A DNA stretch of 64,000 nucleotides, from contig CBDFIQ010000001.1 in NCBI GenBank assembly GCA_965248195.1, positions 224,001-288,000 on the forward strand, read 5' to 3'. The notes below the pieces were generated by a model. That model saw nothing but the letters and a program-made list of their open reading frames with translations, had not been told where the DNA came from and did not search any database. This DNA comes from Longimicrobiales bacterium. Lineage in GTDB: Bacteria; Gemmatimonadota; Gemmatimonadetes; Longimicrobiales; Gaopeijiaceae. Position numbers and translations under genes: made by a program. Of this stretch, positions 47,290 to 55,073 are shown one piece after another (within the stretch, counting starts at the first letter, position 1; the number at the start of each line of letters is the position of its first letter).

Positions 47290-47982
47290 TCAGAGCAGCA
47301 CGGAGTCGTTTTCGCGGAGCCGCCTGATGAGCCTCAGCGCACGCTCCACCAGACCGTCCACCTCGAGCAGCTCCTGTCGGTGGGCGGGCTCGAGCGGGAG
47401 AACTTGGGAGAGACCGTCGACGACCTCCTCGTCGGAGAGATCCGAGGGCGGCAGCTGCATTCCGGGCGAGATGGAGAGGAGGGTTTCTTCGAGCTGTCGG
47501 CGTCTCTCGGCGAGTAGCGGGCGGTCGGTCACCTCGACCGCCTCCGGGAGCGCCTCCACCTCCGCGAGCCGGTAGGGGCGGCTCGTATCCTCGCTCAGGA
47601 CACGAAACTTCACGAGCCCATCCAGGACGATGTTGTACCGCCCGTCGGGCAGCTCCTCGGCCGCGATGATGACGCCGGCGCAGCCGATAGCATAGACGGG
47701 CGGTCGTCCTTCGTACTCCGCTTCGTGGCCCGGTTGCAGCAATACCATGCCGATGATGCTGTCGCCCTCGAGTGCGTCGGCCACCATCGCACGGTAGCGC
47801 GGCTCGAAGATGTGCAACGGCCGGGCGCTGTTCGGAAACAGCACGACATCCTGGAGCGGAAAGATCGGAATCGTCGCCGGCAACGTCTTGGCTGCCGCCG
47901 ATCCGGATTGGGCCGCGCCGGAGCCCGGGGTACACAGGACAGCGATGAGCGCGATCGCCCACCCCAGCATCATGGGTCTCAT
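47290..47982 (-). CDS. LON peptidase substrate-binding-domain protein with N-terminal signal-like segment
   Basis: IPIFPL..VVLFP....PLHIFEPRYRAMV, LPDGRYNI. Confidence 0.9.
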   Translation of the reverse strand: MRPMMLGWAIALIAVLCTPGSGAAQSGSAAAKTLPATIPIFPLQDVVLFPNSARPLHIFEPRYRAMVADALEGDSIIGMVLLQPGHEAEYEGRPPVYAIGCAGVIIAAEELPDGRYNIVLDGLVKFRVLSEDTSRPYRLAEVEALPEAVEVTDRPLLAERRRQLEETLLSISPGMQLPPSDLSDEEVVDGLSQVLPLEPAHRQELLEVDGLVERALRLIRRLRENDSVLL

Positions 47983-48020
47983 GTGCCGCCTTTCAATCTG
48001 GAGACGGGATCGGACACGGC

Positions 48021-48057
48021 GGACAAGATGGTTCCAGGGCGTGTGTGGCGGCAAGCG
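48021..48057 (-). promoter_or_regulatory. Promoter module C, copy 2
   Basis: 34/37 identical to 21305-21341; upstream of the LON-domain gene. Confidence 0.65.
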
Positions 48058-48188
48058 GCAAGCGTCGGAAATCCCTTTCCTCCTGGCAACCTGACAGGAC
48101 CTACCTGGCATCGGCTTCCCGGTTGGTTACGATGCCAAAGGCTTGCCGATCGCCCTCTTGAGCAGCTTACCAGGAGCAGGAGGAAGTT

Positions 48189-49847
48189 ATGGCAGAAAAA
48201 ACCGATGTGATTATCGTCGGCGCAGGCCTGGCGGGACTGGTTGCCGCCGCTGAATTGGGCGACGCCGGGAAGCGGGTCATCATCGTCGAACAGGAGGGCG
48301 AGAACTCGCTGGGCGGCCAGGCTTTCTGGTCCCTGGGTGGTCTGTTCCTCGTAGACAGTCCGGAACAGCGCCGCATGGGTATCAAGGACAGCCGTGAGCT
48401 GGCCTTACAGGATTGGCTTGGCTCGGCACAATTCGACCGACCGGAAGATCATTGGCCGCGCCGGGTCGCCGAAGCTTTTGTTGATTTCGCCACGGGGGAG
48501 ATGCGACCCTGGCTTTACGCCCGAGGGATGCGCTGGTTTCCCATCGTCGGCTGGGCTGAGCGCGGAGGGGGGCAGGCGGATGGGCACGGCAACTCTGTAC
48601 CGCGCTTTCACGTCACCTGGGGTACCGGGCCGGGAATCGTAGCTCCCTTCGAGCGGCGCGTCCGCGAGCATGTGGACGAGGAAGTGATCGTGTTGAAGTG
48701 CCGCCACCAGGTCAGCCACATTGTCAAGACGGACGGCCGAGTTACCGGTGTTGCCGGAGAGGTACTGGAAGCTTCGACCGATCAGCGCGGGCAACGGTCT
48801 ACCCGCAACGTCATCGGCGACTTCGAGTTCAGTGCCGCGGCCGTTCTCGTCACCTCCGGCGGCATCGGCGGGAACCGCGATCTCGTCCGTCAGAACTGGC
48901 CGGTTGAGCGCCTTGGTCCCGTCCCCAAGAGCATGGTCACGGGTGTGCCCCACCATGTAGACGGCCGTATGCTCGGCATCACCCAAGAGGCGGGCGGCGC
49001 CGTTATCAACAGCGACCGCATGTGGCACTACACCGAGGGCATCAAGAACTGGTCGCCCGTCTGGCCCGATCACGGTGTCCGCATCCTCCCTGGCCCCTCA
49101 TCCATGTGGTTCGACGCACGAGGCGAGCGCCTGCCTGCACCCTTCCTCCCCGGCTTCGACACGCTGGGCACGCTCAAACACATCCTGTCAACGGGCTACG
49201 ATTACTCTTGGTTCGTCCTTACACAAACCATCATTGAAAAAGAGTTCGCCCTGTCTGGTTCCGAGCAGAACCCCGATCTGACCTCCCAGAAATGGCTCTC
49301 GGTTATCCGCAGCAGGCTGGGAGCGGGCGCACCCGCTCCCGTTGAGGCGTTCAAACGCCATGGCCGGGATTTTGTCGTCCGTGACACCCTGCGCGACCTG
49401 GTAGCTGGCATGAACGCTTTGACAGGTGAGGACCTCATCGACCACGGCCGTCTGCAGCAGCAAATCGTTGCCTGCGACCGAGAGATGGACAATCCCTTCG
49501 CCAAAGACGCACAAATTATCGCCATTCATGGCACACGAAAATACCGCGGCGACAGGCTGGTACGCACCGCCAAACCGCACAAAATCCTCGATCCTGCCCA
49601 TGGTCCCCTGATCGCCGTACACCTCAACGTGCTGACCCGCAAGACGTTGGGCGGTCTTCATACGAACTTGGATTCACAGGTGCTAGACGAGAAGGGCGAA
49701 CCGATTCCGGGCCTTTATGCAGCTGGCGAAGTGGCCGGTTTCGGAGGCGGTGGCTACCACGGCTATAATGCGCTCGAAGGCACCTTCCTCGGCGGCTGCA
49801 TCTTCACTGCCCGGCACGCCGGGCGGCACGCTGGCACTCTCGTTTAG
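48189..49847 (+). CDS. FAD-binding dehydrogenase (FAD_binding_2 family)
   Basis: VGAGLAGLVAA, GGQAFWSLGG, RKTLGGL, GLYAAGE, LEGTFLGGC. Confidence 0.93.
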   Translation: MAEKTDVIIVGAGLAGLVAAAELGDAGKRVIIVEQEGENSLGGQAFWSLGGLFLVDSPEQRRMGIKDSRELALQDWLGSAQFDRPEDHWPRRVAEAFVDFATGEMRPWLYARGMRWFPIVGWAERGGGQADGHGNSVPRFHVTWGTGPGIVAPFERRVREHVDEEVIVLKCRHQVSHIVKTDGRVTGVAGEVLEASTDQRGQRSTRNVIGDFEFSAAAVLVTSGGIGGNRDLVRQNWPVERLGPVPKSMVTGVPHHVDGRMLGITQEAGGAVINSDRMWHYTEGIKNWSPVWPDHGVRILPGPSSMWFDARGERLPAPFLPGFDTLGTLKHILSTGYDYSWFVLTQTIIEKEFALSGSEQNPDLTSQKWLSVIRSRLGAGAPAPVEAFKRHGRDFVVRDTLRDLVAGMNALTGEDLIDHGRLQQQIVACDREMDNPFAKDAQIIAIHGTRKYRGDRLVRTAKPHKILDPAHGPLIAVHLNVLTRKTLGGLHTNLDSQVLDEKGEPIPGLYAAGEVAGFGGGGYHGYNALEGTFLGGCIFTARHAGRHAGTLV

Positions 49848-49967
49848 GTTGCAGCAGCGGCCACTCCCCCGCCCCATCCGTCTCCACCTCGAACTTCTCG
49901 TGCGCACCATCATGCCCAGGAACCAGTCGTGCGCGTCACGGGCCGTGTGGATGCCTTAACGAAACGG

Positions 49968-50022
49968 GAAACATCTTCATCAAACGAGCGATTTAAGAAA
50001 CATCTTCATGAAACGAGCGATT
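49968..50022 (+). repeat. Two 26-bp direct repeats (period 29) upstream of tonB
   Basis: GAAACATCTTCATSAAACGAGCGATT x2, one mismatch. Confidence 0.85.
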
Positions 50023-50060
50023 CCATAGGATGGATAGCAACGCATGACACCGGAGAGGTG

Positions 50061-50759
50061 ATGAACGTAAAAGCTCTTCCTGCTAGGGTGCAGATTGACA
50101 ATTCCGAGACGGAGAACGACCGATTCAAGCGGTCCTTCGGATCGTGGTTGTGGGGCTCGATGATCGCAGCGACGGTTCTCCACTTCATGCTGTTTCAGCT
50201 GTGGCCGACTCTCAGGGTGCAGGACGTTTCCTTCACCGCCGAGGAGTTGAAGATCATCGAGCTTCCGCCGGAAATCGAGATCCCGCCGCCGCCCGAGGCG
50301 ATTTCGCGACCCGCAACTCCGGTGATAGCTACCGCGGAGATTGACGACGATATCACGATCGCCCTGACTACGTTCTCGGATAGTCCGATAGACGACCCGC
50401 CGCCGCCGCCCACCCAAAAGGGGCCGGATATGTCCGTGGCTCCGGCGTTCACCCCGATGACCGTCAGACCCGAGATCAGAAACCGAGCTGAGATCCAGCA
50501 AGCGTTGATGACGCAGTATCCAGCCATGCTTCGGAATGCCGGAATCGGCGGGACGGTGGAAGTTTGGTTTTTTATCTCGGAAGAGGGCAGAGTCTTGGAC
50601 AGGAGAGTCTTCAAGAGCTCCGGTTACGTGCAGCTGGACGAGGCGGCCCTCAAGGTCGCGGACGTCTTCCGGTTCACGCCTGCTTTGAACCGGGACCAGA
50701 TCGTCCAGGTGTGGATTCGGTTTCCGATTGAATTCCAGGTCGGGTCGTACGCCCCGTGA
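50061..50759 (+). CDS. tonB: Energy transducer TonB
   Basis: N-terminal TM with His, Pro-rich linker, YP...GIGGTV...SSG..LDEAALK....RFTPA C-domain. Confidence 0.9.
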   Translation: MNVKALPARVQIDNSETENDRFKRSFGSWLWGSMIAATVLHFMLFQLWPTLRVQDVSFTAEELKIIELPPEIEIPPPPEAISRPATPVIATAEIDDDITIALTTFSDSPIDDPPPPPTQKGPDMSVAPAFTPMTVRPEIRNRAEIQQALMTQYPAMLRNAGIGGTVEVWFFISEEGRVLDRRVFKSSGYVQLDEAALKVADVFRFTPALNRDQIVQVWIRFPIEFQVGSYAP

Positions 50760-50769
50760 CAGGCCGAAG

Positions 50770-50830
50770 TTGACCAGTTTGGTGCTGCCCCTCACGTTAT
50801 CCCAACCCGTGAAGGGGCTTTAACTTTTGG
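50770..50830 (+). promoter_or_regulatory. Promoter/leader module B, copy 4
   Basis: TTGACC-N17-CACGTT ATCCCAACCCGTGAAGGGGCTTTAACTTTT. Confidence 0.7.
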
Positions 50831-50878
50831 TGTGGCTATCCCTAGTAGAATCCAGCAGAACGCTCGGAGGACAACCCG

Positions 50879-52321
50879 ATGGCCTCGATAGGGCAACTCG
50901 TGCGATACGACGGCCGGGCGGCGGCGATGCTCTGCGCCCTCCTGGCGGTGGTTCCTTTCGCAGCGGACGCACAAGACCGTTATCCCGTAGATTGGGAGCC
51001 CGTCGCTGCGGAATCGATGGAGTATTTCCTGGACCTGCTGCGCACCGATACCAGCAATCCGCCCGGTAACGAATCGGAAGCCGCAAGGTACCTTCAACGA
51101 GTGCTCCAACAGGAGGGCATCGAGGCCGAACTGTTCGCACTCGACCCGACGCGCGCGAATCTGGTCGCGCGGCTTCGTGGTAACGGCACCAAGCAGCCGA
51201 TTCTGATCATGGGCCACACCGACGTCGTCGGCGTGCAGCCCGAAAATTGGTCCGTCGATCCGTTTGGTGCAGTGGCCAAGGATGGATACATCTACGGTCG
51301 CGGAGCGCTTGACGATAAGGACAACGTTACGGCGGCGTTGATGCTGATGTTGTTGCTGCGGCGCGCCGAGGTCGAGCTCGACCGGGATGTGATTTTTCTT
51401 GCCGAGGCGGGCGAAGAGGGGACGACGAGATTCGGCATCGACTACATGATCGAGCAGCATTGGGACCAGATTGCGGCTGAGTTTTGTCTCGCCGAGGGCG
51501 GAGAGACGGTGATGCGCGACGGCGTGGTAGACCACGTCAAGATCGCGACCACCGAGAAGTTTCCGATGCGGGCTCGGCTGGTTGCCCGGGGGACGGCAGG
51601 CCACGGGTCGATCCCGAGACTCGACAACGCGGTCTCGGCACTGGCGAGAGCCGTGGGGCGACTCGCCGCGTGGCAGTCGCCGCTTCGTCTGAATGAGACG
51701 ACACAAGCCTATTTTTACCGCCTGGGTGAAATCAGCGCGCCGGAGGAAGCCGCCCGTTACCAGGGCGTGCTCGACCCCGAGCAGCAGCCACGAATCGATC
51801 GCTATTTCGCCGAGCACGAGCCGCAACACTATTCCCTGTTGCGCACATCCGTCGTGCCGACGATGCTGAGTGCTGGCTTTCGCCGGAACGTGATTCCATC
51901 CGAAGCCGAGGCCACGCTCGACATCCGCGGATTGCCCGACGAGAATCCGGAGGAGTTCTTTCGTGACCTCGCGGGCGTGATCAATGATCCGAATGTCGAG
52001 ATCATCCCGGCAGAGATCAACCGGCCGGCGAGCCCGCCTTCCAGTCTCGAGACGGAGATGTTTCAGGCCTTGGAGGGTGTCACCACCCGCCTCTTTCCGA
52101 ATGCCGCGACACTGCCTGCAATGCTCAACGGAGCCACGGACATGGCACAGGTCCGCGCGCAGGGAACGCAGTGCTACGGCTTCGGCGCGGTTCGGACCGA
52201 GGAAGACATTGTTGGGGGTGGCGGGGCGCATGGTGACGACGAACGCCTCATGGAGGGCTCATTGCTGAGCCTTATTCAGTTTCTGTGGTACGCCGTCGTC
52301 GAAGTGGCCGCCAGCGAATGA
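50879..52321 (+). CDS. Exported M20/M25/M40-family metallopeptidase
   Basis: GHTDVV, GRGALDDK, GEEG, GHGS, GATD, AHGDDER. Confidence 0.93.
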   Translation: MASIGQLVRYDGRAAAMLCALLAVVPFAADAQDRYPVDWEPVAAESMEYFLDLLRTDTSNPPGNESEAARYLQRVLQQEGIEAELFALDPTRANLVARLRGNGTKQPILIMGHTDVVGVQPENWSVDPFGAVAKDGYIYGRGALDDKDNVTAALMLMLLLRRAEVELDRDVIFLAEAGEEGTTRFGIDYMIEQHWDQIAAEFCLAEGGETVMRDGVVDHVKIATTEKFPMRARLVARGTAGHGSIPRLDNAVSALARAVGRLAAWQSPLRLNETTQAYFYRLGEISAPEEAARYQGVLDPEQQPRIDRYFAEHEPQHYSLLRTSVVPTMLSAGFRRNVIPSEAEATLDIRGLPDENPEEFFRDLAGVINDPNVEIIPAEINRPASPPSSLETEMFQALEGVTTRLFPNAATLPAMLNGATDMAQVRAQGTQCYGFGAVRTEEDIVGGGGAHGDDERLMEGSLLSLIQFLWYAVVEVAASE

Positions 52322-53706
52322 AGCGACGAGCTCCCATCGGATTGGATCGCCGAGAAGCCCTCAAGCTGGGCGCCGCCGGCCTCGGCCTTGCTGCTGTAGG
52401 AACGTCAGCCGGACGCACCATCGAGTCCCATGCGGGGACCTCCGGCCCGTCGCCGGATCTGGGCCAGGCGCCGGTGGAGCTCTTCTCGGCTCCCCCGATG
52501 GACCAGGTCCGCATCGGATTCGTGGGCGTGGGCCTCCAGGGAAGCGCGCACGTCAGGAACCTGCTAGAGATCGAGGGCTGCGTCATCCAGGCCGTGTGCG
52601 ACATCGTTCCCGAGAAGGTCGAGCGCCTCCAGGATCGGGTCGAGGAGGCCGGCTTCCCACGTCCGACAGGGTACACCCGGGGTGAGCGGGACTTCGAGCG
52701 GCTCTGCCAGGAGGAGGAGCTGGACTTGGTGTACAACGCGACTCCCTGGGAGTGGCACGTGCCCATCTGCACGTCCGCCATGGAGAATGGCAAGCATGCG
52801 GCCACGGAGGTTCCGGCGGCCTACACGCTTGAGGACTGCTGGAAGCTCGTCGAGTACGCGGAGAAGTACGAGAAGCACTGCTCCATGATGGAAAACGTCA
52901 ACTACGGACGGATGGAGATGTTTGCCTTCAACCTCGTCCGGCAGGGTTTGCTGGGCGAGATCCTGCACGCGGAGGGCGGCTACCTGCACGATCTGCGGGC
53001 CATCAAGTTCGAGGACCAGGATGAGGGGCTCTGGCGGCGGGCTCACGCCATGCAGCGGAACGGCAATCTCTACCCGACGCACGGGCTCGGCCCCATCGCC
53101 AACTGCATGGACATCAACCGAGGCGATCGGTTCGCCACCCTGGTCTCGATGAGCAGCCCCTCCAGGGGCCTCCAGGAGTGGGCGGAGACGCACTACCCGG
53201 CGGATCATCCGAAGCGGCAGGAGGCCTACGTCCTCGGCGACGTGAGCACGACCATGATCAAAACGGCGCTGGGACGCACGCTCTACGTGGGCCACGACAC
53301 CAACCTTCCCCGGCCGTACAGCCGCATCCATCAGATCCAGGGGACCAAGGGCATCTTCCAGGGATATCCGGACCGCGTCTACGTGGAGGGGGTGAGCGAA
53401 CCCCACGCTTGGGACGAGGCCGAGAAGTGGCTCGAGGAGTACGAGCATCCGCTCTGGAGAGAGATGGAAGAGCGCTCGCAGGGCGCAGGACACGGCGGCA
53501 TGGACTTCATGGAGAACTACCGCCTCATCAAGTGTCTGCGTGAGGGACTCCCCACGGACATGAACGTCTACGATGCCGTAGCGCTCAGTGCCGTGACGCC
53601 CCTGTCCGAGTGGTCCGTGGCGAACGGGAGCCGGCCCGTGGAGTTTCCGGACTTCACGCGTGGGCGGTGGCAGTCCTGGCCGGAGCTGGGTCTGGTAACG
53701 GCGTAG
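52318..53706 (+). CDS. Tat-exported Gfo/Idh/MocA oxidoreductase, GH109-like (alpha-N-acetylgalactosaminidase-type)
   Basis: DRREALK; ATPWEWH, ATEVPAA, MMENVNY, GNLYPTHGLGP, GHGGMD, FPDFTRG. Confidence 0.9.
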   Translation: MKRRAPIGLDRREALKLGAAGLGLAAVGTSAGRTIESHAGTSGPSPDLGQAPVELFSAPPMDQVRIGFVGVGLQGSAHVRNLLEIEGCVIQAVCDIVPEKVERLQDRVEEAGFPRPTGYTRGERDFERLCQEEELDLVYNATPWEWHVPICTSAMENGKHAATEVPAAYTLEDCWKLVEYAEKYEKHCSMMENVNYGRMEMFAFNLVRQGLLGEILHAEGGYLHDLRAIKFEDQDEGLWRRAHAMQRNGNLYPTHGLGPIANCMDINRGDRFATLVSMSSPSRGLQEWAETHYPADHPKRQEAYVLGDVSTTMIKTALGRTLYVGHDTNLPRPYSRIHQIQGTKGIFQGYPDRVYVEGVSEPHAWDEAEKWLEEYEHPLWREMEERSQGAGHGGMDFMENYRLIKCLREGLPTDMNVYDAVALSAVTPLSEWSVANGSRPVEFPDFTRGRWQSWPELGLVTA

Positions 53707-53722
53707 CTGCGGAGACGTAGCC

Positions 53723-54940
53723 TTGGGCGAACATTCCCACGGAGCTCCGTCGGGGCTTTTCGAGGACCGGTTCGGCCACCCCGGGGCCTTCGTCGTACAA
53801 GCCCCCGGTCGTGTGAACCTCATCGGCGAGCACATCGATTACGCCCTGCTCCCTGTCCTTCCCATGGCTATCCAGCTCCGCACTACGCTGACGGTGCGGC
53901 CCCGGGAGGATCGTCACGTGCGACTGACCAACGCCGATCCATCGTACACCGACGTCGAGCTGGCACTGTCGGCGGACCTAGAGCCGGGTACGCCCCATGA
54001 CTGGGGCGACTATGCACGTGGTGTCGCACATGCACTGGTTCGCGAGTACGGGATCAGCGCCGGCGCCGATATCGCAGTGGAGTCCGACCTGCCGGTCGCC
54101 GCCGGCCTCAGCTCCTCCTCGGCCCTCTCGTGCGGCGTGGCCCTGGCGCTCCTCGCGGCGAACGGTCGCGGCATCGACCGGGTGGAGTTGGCGGAGGTCG
54201 TGGCCCGGGCAGAGCGGTATACGGGCACCCAGGGTGGCGGAATGGACCAGGCGGCCATCCTCTGCGCTCAAGCTGGGCATGCCCTCGGCGTGAGCTTCGC
54301 TCCCCTGCACATCCGTCCGTTGTCCATGCCGGAGGATTGGGTTTTCCTCGTCGCCCAAAGCGGCAGCGTGGCGGAGAAGTCCGGCCCGGCGCAGGCCACA
54401 TACAATGCCCGGACGCGCGAGTGTCGAGAGGCGCTCGTGACGGTGTGGGCCGCACTTGGGAAGGGTGAGCCGCTGGAGAGGGACTACCGCCCGCTTCTGG
54501 AGGCTGCGGATCCGGAACACCTGCTGCGAGTGGGAGGGGATGCGCTCGGGCCAATCCTTCTGGCACGATTTCGCCATACACTTTCCGAAGCGCTGCGCGT
54601 ATCGGAGGCCGAGGAGGCGTTGAGCGTGAGCGACCTGGGCACATTCGGTCGCGCCATGGACGCCTCTCACGAGAGCCTTCGGGATGATTACCAGGTCAGC
54701 ACGCCGGAGCTCGACCGCATCGTCGACCTCGCACGGGAGGCGGGCGCGGCGGGGGCGCGTCTCACCGGAGCAGGACTCGGCGGCTCGGCTCTCATCCTGT
54801 GTACGGAGGCTGCGGAGTCGGCGGTTCGGGAAGCCCTCGAAGCTGGGTACTCCAGGCAAAGGGGAGACCCATCGGGAGAAGCGGCGGTCTTCAGAGCAGC
54901 TCCCTCGGGGGGAGCCACGGTGGGGACCGCAGTGGTTTGA
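53723..54940 (+). CDS. galK: Galactokinase-family GHMP kinase
   Basis: APGRVNLIGEHIDY, PVAAGLSSSSA, GGMDQ, SHESLRDDY.VS, GARLTGAG. Confidence 0.88.
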   Translation: MGEHSHGAPSGLFEDRFGHPGAFVVQAPGRVNLIGEHIDYALLPVLPMAIQLRTTLTVRPREDRHVRLTNADPSYTDVELALSADLEPGTPHDWGDYARGVAHALVREYGISAGADIAVESDLPVAAGLSSSSALSCGVALALLAANGRGIDRVELAEVVARAERYTGTQGGGMDQAAILCAQAGHALGVSFAPLHIRPLSMPEDWVFLVAQSGSVAEKSGPAQATYNARTRECREALVTVWAALGKGEPLERDYRPLLEAADPEHLLRVGGDALGPILLARFRHTLSEALRVSEAEEALSVSDLGTFGRAMDASHESLRDDYQVSTPELDRIVDLAREAGAAGARLTGAGLGGSALILCTEAAESAVREALEAGYSRQRGDPSGEAAVFRAAPSGGATVGTAVV

Positions 54941-55073
54941 CGACTCCGTCGATCCGTCCAATCCGTGCACGGAGGGTTTGCGCCGGGGAGCCCCGAGAGC
55001 AAGTGGCCCGAGGCTCCAGATGTCGTATGATGAGGGAAGATACAGACCCTCACTCGCCCCTCGGGAGCGTCCA

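Noticed and set aside
10974..50830. Modules A/B/C as integron attC sites or MITEs
   Set aside because: No RYYYAAC...GTTRRRY paired cores, no terminal inverted repeats or target duplications, no integrase; they sit 5' of genes with promoter-like spacing
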